Both the position numbers and the translations under genes were made by a program. From NCBI GenBank assembly GCA_964592375.1, contig CAZQDP010000002.1, positions 10,369 through 74,368 on the forward strand: 64,000 nt of DNA, read 5' to 3'. The notes under the pieces were generated by a model. The model did no database searches, was not told the DNA's origin, and was given only the letters and a program-made list of their open reading frames with translations. The DNA is from an uncultured Eubacteriales bacterium (GTDB taxonomy: Bacteria; Bacillota; Clostridia; RUG12999). Of the stretch, positions 19,684 to 29,340 are shown in pieces (position 1 is the stretch's first letter; each line of letters begins with the position of its first letter).

Positions 19684-22600
19684 TTATTTTTTTGTGACGA
19701 AGATATTGTCCCAATAGACCTTTGTATTGGTGGCCGCAATCGAGGAACCTAAGAAGATATCCTTCATATCTTTCAGGTTCATGCTCGGATCTTCCCATAG
19801 TCGGAAGGATGCATTTTCAAGCACAAGCTGTCCGTCGATATATACATTCGATGTGAGGGTCTGTGGATTAGCTTCGATTTTAAAATTGTACCATTTTCCA
19901 CTTTGAGTTTGCGCGATATCCTTCGTTATGCTGCCGTCCATGTAGCAAATATTGTTCCTATTCGCCCATATGGACAGATTGTATCGATTTTGCGAGTTTC
20001 TTGTATAAAATACCTGAACACTGCCCGCGGCGGTAGCATCAACCGGAAAATCCACCTTGAAATCTGCTTCAATGGTTACGGGCTCGGTGATAAGGGGAGA
20101 TAGGGAATATACAAAGGTGGACGCTACCGCGGGGTCGTTGTCATACAATTCAAGTGCCTGATCCTCTACGCCGAGGCTTTTCCCCTTTGCTTTTACGTAG
20201 GAGCCTCCCGCGCTCGGCGCTGTTATCGTCCAGCCATTAATCTTATCTGTTTCTCCGTAGCTGTCAAAGTTTTCATACATGACAATAGGGTTTTCCCGTG
20301 TACTTCGAACGGGAAGTGATGCAGTAAGTGTTCTGCCGTCCACAACCACCTCGCCGAAAATCACGGACTCTCCTTCGCTTACGCCGCAAATCCTATTATC
20401 ACTATTCACGCTAACAGCGGCAGAGGAGCTGGTATACCGAAGGCCTTCTTGAGAAAGATTGATGCGTGTGCCGTCCTCTAGCAGTAGGGAAGGCTCTATG
20501 GTGCCAATTTGCCCAAACTCCAATATACTGCTTTTGGTATAGAGCTGCAAGGCTTTGATAGGCTTTCCAAGCAAAAGTCCTCTCTTTTGCAAGGAACCCT
20601 CCCCAACCAAATAGTTAGCCACAAAAGTAGCCGGAAGCGCGATGGCCTTCTCTCGATTGCCTTGCGTATAGATAAGAAAATGGTCGCTTGTTTTTTCAAT
20701 ACATACCTCCATTGCATCATCCAAAGTCACGGAGGTAACGGGAGCATGGGGTTTTAGCTTATAGGTAAGGATGTGATTTGCCACTGCAATGTAGCTCGAA
20801 AACTCATAGCGGTTTTCTCGCAGCATCAGTCCTTCTTTGGCACTTCCCGTTGCGAGAAAGCCCATTAGCGCGGTTGCCTCTGTCGGCGTGACCTTGGCTG
20901 TTTGCATTTGATAATCTACACTGAATTTCTCCACCATCTGGCTTACTAAATCCGCTTCTCTTTCGGGGTCGGCCACAAAAGGATTTGCGGAAATAAGGAT
21001 AAGCCCACGATCATCCCAGAACACATATTTTCCAAGACTCTCTGCCAGTGCACGCAGTGGAAGAAGCGTACGACCCTCTTTTATCATTACAGGAACATCA
21101 ATGGTTTTTTCTTTGCCGTCTATTTTCATCACATGGCTGTTTTCCTGCATTTGGATGGTTTTGCCCTGATATCGCACGGTAACGGTTCGCGTTATCTCAT
21201 CCCAATCTACCGTAGCACCCAGTGCCTCTACAATAAACCGAACAGGAAGGAGGGTTCTGTCTTGATATACAATGGGAACAACCAAAGGATTTGCAGGGTC
21301 AATGGGCACCTTGCTGCCGGCTTTGAGCGCAATGTTTCTATCTACAAATAGTGCAAGGCTATTGCACAGCCGATTGTGCACCAGGTCAAATTCTTTTGGA
21401 AAGGACGGAGAAAGACCGATTTTTTCATAGGCCATTTTACGATCATCAAAGCCCGGCATCCAGCTGCAATTTTCCAGTACCATAAGGCCGGAACGATTCA
21501 TGCGGAAATAGTCGCCAAGATAATTGCCCTGAACATTTGATATTTTTACATTCTTAAACTGCTGTTTAAAAGTATTGTAGTCAAGGAATATACCATTCGG
21601 CCCCAAATCCTTCATGGAAGGATGAGCATAAATATTATCCACAAGTATTTGCTCGAAATAGTTGACATGTGTCATCACGCCCGGAATATCTCTTGTAATG
21701 CCCGCTTCGTGCAGGGCGCCCGTATCACCGCTGTCTTGATTGGTGCTATACACCTTTACATATTTGGTCACATTGCCACGGGCAACACCGTAAGAGGGAC
21801 CACTGCCTGCTTGCGCAGTGGTGCCTCTATAGCTTAAGCCATAGCGGGGACTATTAAAAATCTCACAATAGGAAACCATGTTACGAGTAGCATTGTACAT
21901 ATTGACACCGGCACTGTCGGTACTGCACTCGCCCACATCATTAATTCTGGTATTCGTAATGAGGTTTTGATAAAGAACCTCGCCGGCTTCGCTTCGCAGA
22001 ATAATACCGCTCACACCGATTTTTTCAAACCAACAGCCGCTGATGGTATTATTGGTATTGGCGCTGAGCATAAAAAGACCAATCAGCCCGCTATTTCTAA
22101 AATGGCAATTCTGAACCGTAATATTATCAGTGTTTGTCATATCCACCATGCCTTTTCTGGAATCAGGGGAGCCGTACCAGGCAAACATCTGATCAATAAA
22201 ATCGCTGTATTCAAAACGTAGCCCGTCGAGCACCATGTTTTTGGTACGCTCAGCAGGACTCTTGCCATGAATACTCACGAGTTTTTGCAAAGTGGGAATG
22301 ACAATATCCTGCTCATTGGGATTGCCATATCGAGGAATGTAATACAAGGTGCCGCCTGCCACATCCATATAGAATTCACCCGGTGCATCCAGCAGCTCGT
22401 ACACACCCTCCACATAGTAGCGTGCATTTGTATCAATGAGCGTGCCATCACCCTTTTGTATGGTAATGGTACGTGTGGCGGAATCTATTGTTTGAATGGG
22501 ACTTGCCCAACGATTCCAATCGCACTTTCCCCAAGGCCATACAATGAGGCTTGCAGTAGAGGTGTCTTTCCACTCCCGAGGGTCAAGGTCACCCTCTTTG

Positions 22601-23310
22601 TAAACCAGAGCGGTGTCTGTGCCGCTTGCAGATAGCAAATAGGGTGCACCGGATTTGGGGAAATTCACATCAAATACATAATTGGGATATCTCGCTCTCA
22701 TGGCTCTTTCGCCATTTTCCCACATGGTATAAAAACGAGTGCCCACAGGAATTTTTGCCTTCCATACTTTATCATTTTCCTTCTCCCAGCCGACAATCTT
22801 TTTGCCGCCCATAATGCGTGCCTTGTCAATGCCGTCTGCGCTACGCAAAATGACATGATAGCCATTGGTGCCGCTCATCTCGGAGGTAAGATCGATGGTT
22901 CTTTCGAGATAATAGTCACCTTCTTTCACATTAACAACGATATTGCCGGTCATATTTCCTGCAATTTTGCTAACCTGCGCGAGGGCTTTTTCAATGGTTT
23001 GAAAAGGAGACGATTCGCTTCCGTCCCCGCTGTCATTGCCGGTGGTGGATACAAAAAAGGCTTTCATGATCGGTGCGGCGGAATGAATTGGCTTTGCACC
23101 CACCTCATTATCCTGCACAGGAGGAACAGGCGAAGGCTGCTGTGCATCGGTAAGCTGCGCTACGATAGGAGAGTCCTTATCGGTTGCAGTTTGCATGGTG
23201 CCAACGGCGGAAATTGCGTCTTTTCCCCCCTTCAAAGTAGACATTTGCGCGGATTGTGCAAGGATGGATAGCATACAAAATACAAGCAGAAAGATGCAAC
23301 ATTTTTTCAT
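19684..23310 (-). CDS. Large secreted multidomain surface protein. Order: signal peptide, right-handed parallel beta-helix (pectate-lyase-like), two copper-amine-oxidase-N-like stalk repeats, an Ig-like domain, and a C-terminal jellyroll-like domain of unknown function.
   Basis: Start MKKCCIFLLVFCMLSILAQSA. Beta-helix repeats: NITVQNCHFRNSG...ISGCWFEKIG...VSYCEIFNSPRYG. CAO-N-like halves: DRTLLPVRFIVEALGATVDWD and GRTLLPLRALAESLGKYVFWD. The C-terminal roughly 190 aa (YENFDSY...WT...AGG.VK...DNDP...EADFKVD...WYNFKIEANP...YIDGQLV) are homologous to both termini of the 1616-aa protein. Confidence 0.75.
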   Translation of the reverse strand: MKKCCIFLLVFCMLSILAQSAQMSTLKGGKDAISAVGTMQTATDKDSPIVAQLTDAQQPSPVPPVQDNEVGAKPIHSAAPIMKAFFVSTTGNDSGDGSESSPFQTIEKALAQVSKIAGNMTGNIVVNVKEGDYYLERTIDLTSEMSGTNGYHVILRSADGIDKARIMGGKKIVGWEKENDKVWKAKIPVGTRFYTMWENGERAMRARYPNYVFDVNFPKSGAPYLLSASGTDTALVYKEGDLDPREWKDTSTASLIVWPWGKCDWNRWASPIQTIDSATRTITIQKGDGTLIDTNARYYVEGVYELLDAPGEFYMDVAGGTLYYIPRYGNPNEQDIVIPTLQKLVSIHGKSPAERTKNMVLDGLRFEYSDFIDQMFAWYGSPDSRKGMVDMTNTDNITVQNCHFRNSGLIGLFMLSANTNNTISGCWFEKIGVSGIILRSEAGEVLYQNLITNTRINDVGECSTDSAGVNMYNATRNMVSYCEIFNSPRYGLSYRGTTAQAGSGPSYGVARGNVTKYVKVYSTNQDSGDTGALHEAGITRDIPGVMTHVNYFEQILVDNIYAHPSMKDLGPNGIFLDYNTFKQQFKNVKISNVQGNYLGDYFRMNRSGLMVLENCSWMPGFDDRKMAYEKIGLSPSFPKEFDLVHNRLCNSLALFVDRNIALKAGSKVPIDPANPLVVPIVYQDRTLLPVRFIVEALGATVDWDEITRTVTVRYQGKTIQMQENSHVMKIDGKEKTIDVPVMIKEGRTLLPLRALAESLGKYVFWDDRGLILISANPFVADPEREADLVSQMVEKFSVDYQMQTAKVTPTEATALMGFLATGSAKEGLMLRENRYEFSSYIAVANHILTYKLKPHAPVTSVTLDDAMEVCIEKTSDHFLIYTQGNREKAIALPATFVANYLVGEGSLQKRGLLLGKPIKALQLYTKSSILEFGQIGTIEPSLLLEDGTRINLSQEGLRYTSSSAAVSVNSDNRICGVSEGESVIFGEVVVDGRTLTASLPVRSTRENPIVMYENFDSYGETDKINGWTITAPSAGGSYVKAKGKSLGVEDQALELYDNDPAVASTFVYSLSPLITEPVTIEADFKVDFPVDATAAGSVQVFYTRNSQNRYNLSIWANRNNICYMDGSITKDIAQTQSGKWYNFKIEANPQTLTSNVYIDGQLVLENASFRLWEDPSMNLKDMKDIFLGSSIAATNTKVYWDNIFVTKK

Positions 23311-23586
23311 CAAATTTTTTCCTTTCAAAGCGATATTTTTAATGAAGTTATTCTCTTTATTATATCGCACAATGCCTGCCGGTTACTACTGCATTTATCA
23401 CCAAAATTAATATTAGATTCTATGGAATATGCACAATTGTATTTACTCTCATCGCAAATGATAAACGAAAAAGGAAATTTTAATCAAATAGGAAAAGAAA
23501 AGCCAAACAAAATACAAAATAATGATAAAGACAGCAACCTAGAAAGTAGATATAATAAATATTGAGATAGATGGGAGGAGTCAGAT

Positions 23587-24312
23587 TTGGAAAAAAATAT
23601 TTTTGACAATTATGAGGCATTATCTGTATTTGCCGCCGAATTTATTGCAAAAGAGATACATCAAAAACGCGAATTTGTACTTGGACTGCCCACCGGCAGT
23701 ACACCAATTGGCATGTACCATGCACTTTGTGAGCTACACCAGCTTGGGAAACTGGATTTTTCAAATGTAAAGGTCTTTAATTTAGATGAGTATATTGGCA
23801 TTGACCGCTCACATCCTCAAAGCTATTATTCGTTTATGACTGAGCATTTGTACAGCCGAGTGAATTTGAAACCCGAAAATATTCATATACCCAGTGCCGA
23901 GGCTGGCGATCTTGCAGTGGAATGTGCACTATATGATAAAAAAATTGCCTGGGCAGGCGGAATTGATTTGATGGTATTAGGCGTTGGCGCCAACGGACAC
24001 ATTGGATTTAACGAGCCGGCGGATAAGCTGATGAGCCCCACACATGTCGTGGAGCTTACTAGAAGAACCATTGAAGACAATGCAAGGTTTTTTGAAGATG
24101 TTTCCTGCGTACCCGTGAAAGCGTTGACCATGGGAGTAGGCTCCATTTTAAAGGCGAAAAAAATTCTGATGCTCATCAGCGGCAAGGCAAAGCAACAGGT
24201 CGCCCGGGAGCTTTTATCCGGATATATTACCACCAAAAATCCGGCTACACTATTAATGCTCCATCCGGATGTCACCGTGATGATGGACAAAGATGCCGCC
24301 TGTGAGGACTAA
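23587..24312 (+). CDS. nagB: Glucosamine-6-phosphate deaminase.
   Basis: LGLPTGSTPIGMY...FNLDEY...GIDLMVLGVGANGHIGFNEP. TTG start with RBS gggaggag. Confidence 0.9.
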   Translation: MEKNIFDNYEALSVFAAEFIAKEIHQKREFVLGLPTGSTPIGMYHALCELHQLGKLDFSNVKVFNLDEYIGIDRSHPQSYYSFMTEHLYSRVNLKPENIHIPSAEAGDLAVECALYDKKIAWAGGIDLMVLGVGANGHIGFNEPADKLMSPTHVVELTRRTIEDNARFFEDVSCVPVKALTMGVGSILKAKKILMLISGKAKQQVARELLSGYITTKNPATLLMLHPDVTVMMDKDAACED

Positions 24313-24572
24313 GCAAGTCATAAGCACTGCAGTGCTGCGCTAAAAAAAACATCTTATAAACGAATACATTTGCAACTTGCAAGTTATCTTTTTTTGTCAT
24401 CCATTTTCTTTCATGCCAAAAAAATTACCTTATATTTGCACAAATGGAATAGGGGATAAGGATAGAATTTCTACATTTTAAGATAGGAATTTTACATTGA
24501 CTATTGGTGTAGCATATACTATAATAGCACTAGAATATACATTTTTCGCATGAATGAAAAATGGAATAGGAT

Positions 24573-26258
24573 GTGTGTATGATGAATAAACTCAAATGGT
24601 GGTTTGACAGCAAGCTGGGCATGTTTGTGCATTTCGGTCTGTATTCTCTATTGGCAGGAGAATATAAGGGACGCAAGGCCCCCGGCATATCCGAGTGGAT
24701 TATGAAGCGGCTTGAAATACCAAAGGATGAATATTTGCTTCTTGCCTCGCAGTTTAATCCGGTGAATTTTAGCGCCAAAACATGGGTTGATACTGCAAAA
24801 AAAATGGGTGCAAAATACATCACATTCACTGCAAAGCATCATGAAGGTTTTGCGCTTTACCATTCAAAGGTAAGTCCTTATAATGTAGTGGATATGACGC
24901 CTTATGGCAAAGATATTGTAAAAGAATTGGCAGACGAGTGCGCGATGCAGGGCATTGTGCTCTGTTTATATTATTCCCATGTGCAAGACTGGATTGAGGA
25001 AGGCGCCGTAGGAAATACATGGGATTTTTCGGGCGGCAGCTTTCGGGAATATCTTGATCGAAAGGTAAAACCACAGCTGAGCGAGCTACTCACACAATAT
25101 GGGAAAATTGGAATGATATGGTTTGACACGCCTTATGATATTACGCCCGAGGAAAGTAGTGAGCTTGCAGAGTATGTGCGCTCCTTGCAAGAGGACTGTT
25201 TGGTCAGCACTCGTGTGGGCAATGGATTTGGAGACTTTGAGGGATATGGAGATAATCAAGTGCCCTCTGGCACGATGGATGGATTTTGGGAGAGTATTGG
25301 TACACTCAATAATTCATGGGGCTTTAAGACGGTAGATGATAACTGGAAATCTCCGGAAATCATTATTCGTCTGTTTAGTGATATTATCAGTAAGGGTGGT
25401 GTATATACCCTCAATATCGGCCCCAAGGGAGATGGAAGTATTCCCACGCAAACGACAGATATTTTGTCCCAATTTGGAGACTTTGTCGCCAAAAATGGAG
25501 AAGCGTTTTATGGCTGTGAAAGAAATCCATACCCCTTTGAATTTCCATGGGGCGGTATTACCACCAAAGCAGATACCATCTACCTGCATGTGTTTGAAAA
25601 GGACGGTAGCATTTCCTTGTCCGGCCTTTTGTGTGATGTAAAAAAAGTGTATGCACTTCAAGACCAAAAGCCTCTTCCCTTTGTGATGAGTGAAGGGCCT
25701 TTTGGTACCAAAACACTTACCGTCGATTTTAAAAGAGATCAAAAAGAGCCTATGTATATCATCGCCGTAGAGACGGATGGAATGAAAGTCAACAAGCAAA
25801 TCATGCCACAGGACGGCGCTATTACGCTGGATGCCCAAAGCGGCACGATTTTAGGAAGTGCAGATGCAAAGCTATCTGAAGTCAAAATTATTGAGAACTG
25901 GAAGACTACGGAGAATCGTGTGAGCTGGCAGTTTTATGCGCCAAAAGGAGAGGTGGACCTTACACTTGTCACCATCGTTGAAAGACCGCACGACTGGGCA
26001 GATGAACTGACGGGCAAGTGGGAGGGCGGCCACAGAGTAGAGGTGGTATGCGAAAATCAGTCTGCCGAGTTCGACGTTGTGGAAGGGCACATTCAAAGCA
26101 ATGCTCGCTCATTATATTTTAAGGATATGTATTCACCCGGCTGCACAATCACGCTTGCGGAGGATGGCATACATACCATCGAACTTCGTGCAAAGAAAAT
26201 TGTAACGGAACTGGGCTATGGTCTTAGACTGAAAAACTTGACGCTGAAAGCAAAATAG
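24573..26258 (+). CDS. GH29 alpha-L-fucosidase with a C-terminal beta-sandwich domain.
   Basis: WWFDSKLGMFVHFGLYS...KYITFTAKHHEGFALYHS...GMIWFD are GH29 hallmarks. The real start is probably the ATG at 24579. Confidence 0.85.
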   Translation: MCMMNKLKWWFDSKLGMFVHFGLYSLLAGEYKGRKAPGISEWIMKRLEIPKDEYLLLASQFNPVNFSAKTWVDTAKKMGAKYITFTAKHHEGFALYHSKVSPYNVVDMTPYGKDIVKELADECAMQGIVLCLYYSHVQDWIEEGAVGNTWDFSGGSFREYLDRKVKPQLSELLTQYGKIGMIWFDTPYDITPEESSELAEYVRSLQEDCLVSTRVGNGFGDFEGYGDNQVPSGTMDGFWESIGTLNNSWGFKTVDDNWKSPEIIIRLFSDIISKGGVYTLNIGPKGDGSIPTQTTDILSQFGDFVAKNGEAFYGCERNPYPFEFPWGGITTKADTIYLHVFEKDGSISLSGLLCDVKKVYALQDQKPLPFVMSEGPFGTKTLTVDFKRDQKEPMYIIAVETDGMKVNKQIMPQDGAITLDAQSGTILGSADAKLSEVKIIENWKTTENRVSWQFYAPKGEVDLTLVTIVERPHDWADELTGKWEGGHRVEVVCENQSAEFDVVEGHIQSNARSLYFKDMYSPGCTITLAEDGIHTIELRAKKIVTELGYGLRLKNLTLKAK

Positions 26259-26337
26259 GCGATTGGCTTTTTGAAATCGTACAAATAGATGAAGGGTTTC
26301 ATTGTTTTTTGATTTACTAAAACAAGCTTACCGCGGC

Positions 26338-26508
26338 ATGCTATTTATCAACCTCTCTCTGATCTTCAGAGGGAGGTTTTTTGGCACAGGTTTTGCAGCA
26401 GCCACTACAGGAGCCGCAGCCTTCTCTTTTTGCGCTTTTTACAATATAGGTGATAATGGTAAATACGGAGAATATAACCAGCAAAATAAGCAAAATAATA
26501 TAAATCAT
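26338..26508 (-). CDS. FeoB-associated Cys-rich membrane microprotein (56 aa), not in the ORF track.
   Basis: Reverse-strand ATG at 26506-26508 overlaps the feoB TGA stop (ttATGA). The translation is MIYIILLILLVIFSVFTIITYIVKSAKREGCGSCSGCCKTCAKKPPSEDQREVDK*, one TM helix plus a CxxC-rich tail. The position and composition match the small Cys-rich proteins found after feoB in Firmicutes. Confidence 0.65.
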
Positions 26509-28490
26509 AAAAACAACCTTCCGATTTGAAATACAAGCAAAGAGGCTAGGTATGCAACAAAAGTCTGATAAAGGGCAGTGCCAATGGCAAAGCGATAGCT
26601 ACCCAGCTCTCTTTTAATGGTAGCAAAGGCGGCAATGCAAGGCATATATAGCAAAGAAAAGAGCATAAATGAAAATGCGGACAGGGGCGAAAAATTTGCA
26701 GCCAACGCAATTTCAAAATCCACGCCTCCATAGAGCACCGCCATGGAGGAAACCACAACCTCTTTGGCTACAATGCCGGCAATCAGTGCAACGGCGCTCT
26801 CCCACTGCCCAAAACCGAGTGGGGATAGAAGCGGAGCAACCAGCCTGCCAAGGTCTGCAATGATACTTTCTGCACTATTTTTCACGGGCACACCATGGAT
26901 AGTAAAGTTTTGCAAAAGCCACAGCACAACGCTCATGGATAAAATAATCGTACCCGCCTTGATTAAAAAGCCATAGACCTTTTCCCATGCCTGCCTTGCG
27001 ACACTTTGCAGGTGAGGCACACGATAAGGAGGAAGCTCTACCACAAAGGGAGAAAATACACCCTTAAACAAGGTGTTTTTTAGTAACAACCCACTGAGCA
27101 CCGCTACCAAAAGACCAACGAAATATAGCGTAAAGATAATTATTCCCCGATGATTCTTGAAAAAGATACCTGTAAAGAGTACATAAATCGGCATTCTGGC
27201 ACTGCAGGACATAAAGGGAGACAACATAATGGCCATTTGCCTGTCCTTTTCATTATCCAGTGTTCTTGCGGCCATCACCGCCGGAGTGGTACACCCAAAC
27301 CCCATCAGCAAGGGGACAAATGCCTTGCCGGACAAGCCAATTTTCTGAAGCAGCTTATCCAAAATAAAGGCCACGCGCGACATATATCCGCTGTCTTCAA
27401 TCAGGCTCAGGAGCAGAAATAAAATGGCGATTTGAGGTAAAAAAGCAATAATTCCACCCACACCGCCAATCATCCCTTCCACCACAAGCCGAATAATCCA
27501 AGAAGGCGCCCCGGAGGATACCATAGCCCCAGCGATGCTATCTGAAAAAAAGCCCGACAAAAATCCATCAATACCATCTTGAAAAAAGCGCCCAAAAGGC
27601 CCGAAAGTTATCTGAAAAACCAGTAGCATAATCCCTAAGAAGATGGGGATCGCCAAAAAGCGATTGGTCACAATCTTGTCAATTTTATCGGAGGTTTTGT
27701 GCATATTATGGTGTCTTTCCTGCAATAGGGTGGTCGCGAGCATATCCTCAATTAAAGTATACCGAGCATCCGCAATGTACGTATCCTCATCTTTGCTTGC
27801 GTGCGATTGAAGATAGATACTAATGAGCTCATGAATTTTGCGCATGCTTTCCTCTGGAATATGACATCTTTCAATCACATCCTGGTCATTTTCAAGAATT
27901 TTCATCAAAACAAAGGGTGAATACTTTTGTTTTAGCTGGGATTGCACCGATTGCTTTAATATCTCCAGCGCTTGTGAATAAATGAGGGGGCGAGGAGGCA
28001 CGGCAGAATGGACGAATTGGTGTAGCAGCGCAATCACGGCATCAATATTGAGTTTCTTTTTGGCGGAGATGGGGATCACGGGCACACCTATTTTTTCACT
28101 CAGCGCAGTAAAATCTATTTTAATGCACAGACGCTCCAATTCATCTACCATATTGATCACAACAACCATAGGAATTTGAAGCTCCAAGAGTTGAAGTGTT
28201 AAATACATATTGCGTTCAATGTTGGTGCCATCAATGATATTGATGATGAAATCCGGACGATCCTGCAAAATAAAATCTCGGGATACCTTCTCCTCTTGGG
28301 AGTATGGAGAGAGAGAATAAATGCCGGGAAGGTCCACCAGTTCTATATCTGTACCCAAAATCATTCCGCGTTTTTGATCCACCGTAATGCCGGGGAAATT
28401 AGCCACCTTTTGGTTGGAACCGGTGAGTATATTAAATAAAAGAGTCTTGCCGCAGTTGGGATTGCCGGCCAGAGCAGCAATATGTGCCAT
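26505..28490 (-). CDS. feoB: Ferrous iron transporter FeoB.
   Basis: G-domain GNPNCGKTLLFN...DLPGIYSL plus a long polytopic membrane domain. Confidence 0.95.
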   Translation of the reverse strand: MAHIAALAGNPNCGKTLLFNILTGSNQKVANFPGITVDQKRGMILGTDIELVDLPGIYSLSPYSQEEKVSRDFILQDRPDFIINIIDGTNIERNMYLTLQLLELQIPMVVVINMVDELERLCIKIDFTALSEKIGVPVIPISAKKKLNIDAVIALLHQFVHSAVPPRPLIYSQALEILKQSVQSQLKQKYSPFVLMKILENDQDVIERCHIPEESMRKIHELISIYLQSHASKDEDTYIADARYTLIEDMLATTLLQERHHNMHKTSDKIDKIVTNRFLAIPIFLGIMLLVFQITFGPFGRFFQDGIDGFLSGFFSDSIAGAMVSSGAPSWIIRLVVEGMIGGVGGIIAFLPQIAILFLLLSLIEDSGYMSRVAFILDKLLQKIGLSGKAFVPLLMGFGCTTPAVMAARTLDNEKDRQMAIMLSPFMSCSARMPIYVLFTGIFFKNHRGIIIFTLYFVGLLVAVLSGLLLKNTLFKGVFSPFVVELPPYRVPHLQSVARQAWEKVYGFLIKAGTIILSMSVVLWLLQNFTIHGVPVKNSAESIIADLGRLVAPLLSPLGFGQWESAVALIAGIVAKEVVVSSMAVLYGGVDFEIALAANFSPLSAFSFMLFSLLYMPCIAAFATIKRELGSYRFAIGTALYQTFVAYLASLLVFQIGRLFL

Positions 28491-28495
28491 AGATA

Positions 28496-28765
28496 CTATC
28501 CCTCCTTCATTTCGATGGTTTGCGCATCACTTTTTCGAAGGGAAAGCTCATACCCTCGCAGTGAGATTTCGATGGGATCGCCCAAGGGTGCAATGCGCCG
28601 CACCATAATTTTTGTGTCTGGAGTAATGCCCATATCCGACAGCTTGTGCTTCAGATGATGCTCCCCCACAAGCCGTAGCACAATGCCGCTTTGGCCCGGA
28701 TGAAACTGATTTAAGGTTTTCGTACCACTTTGCACTTTCCGTATCGGATGAATTTTGAAAAACAT
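28496..28765 (-). CDS. feoA: FeoA.
   Basis: 89 aa SH3-like FeoA domain (GQSGIVLRL...LSDMGITPDTKIMV...PLGDPIEI). Confidence 0.9.
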   Translation of the reverse strand: MFFKIHPIRKVQSGTKTLNQFHPGQSGIVLRLVGEHHLKHKLSDMGITPDTKIMVRRIAPLGDPIEISLRGYELSLRKSDAQTIEMKEG

Positions 28766-28808
28766 GGAACCCTCCTTGAAATGTTAGCTTTAACTAACTA
28801 TTAATTTG

Positions 28809-28837
28809 ATGATATCACATTTCCATTGATTTGTCAA
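28809..28837 (-). promoter_or_regulatory. Promoter (TTGACA-N17-TATCAT) for feoA, overlapped by the palindrome TGATATCA (candidate metalloregulator operator).
   Basis: Reverse complement of 28832-28837 is TTGACA and of 28809-14 is TATCAT. The spacer contains the perfect palindrome tgatatca. Confidence 0.45.
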
Positions 28838-29106
28838 TACAAAATTCAATTAATTCCTTCGAAAACCGCTACAAACTAAAACGCATGATCCACCGGAAAT
28901 GAGAAAATGCGTAAGCATTGTCACGATATTATCTTTAAAATAATACAATAAAAGAACGCACAAAAAAAACACCATAGCGACCTGTAAAATGGACTGCAAT
29001 GATAGAGAAAGTGGTCAAATTATATAAAAAAAAGATTTTCAAGGAATGAATTATTGTATGGATAGAAGATAATGATAGATAAAATAACAATATTTCATAG
29101 AATGCC

Positions 29107-29136
29107 TTGACAAATATACGATTGTCGAATTATAAT
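29107..29136 (+). promoter_or_regulatory. Sigma-A promoter (TTGACA-N18-TATAAT) for gltBD, followed by a roughly 200-nt leader.
   Basis: Hexamers at 29107-29112 and 29131-29136. Confidence 0.55.
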
Positions 29137-29340
29137 GTATAAGAAAGGTTATACCTTTTTTTCATTAAGTTTTACATAACAATGAAGTTCATGTAAAATT
29201 TCATATAGCAAACGCTATTATTAGTCGTCTTTTTAAAAAGAGTTCAAGAGAAGAATAGAAATTTACGAAACAAAGATGTTTTACTGTAAAGTTTCTAAAA
29301 TAAAAACATGTCACGATGTTTTTAGAAAGGTTGTAGTAAA

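Noticed and set aside
26302-26529. Plus-strand 75-aa ORF.
   Set aside because: It is the antisense shadow of the real 56-aa minus-strand Cys-rich ORF and the feoB end.
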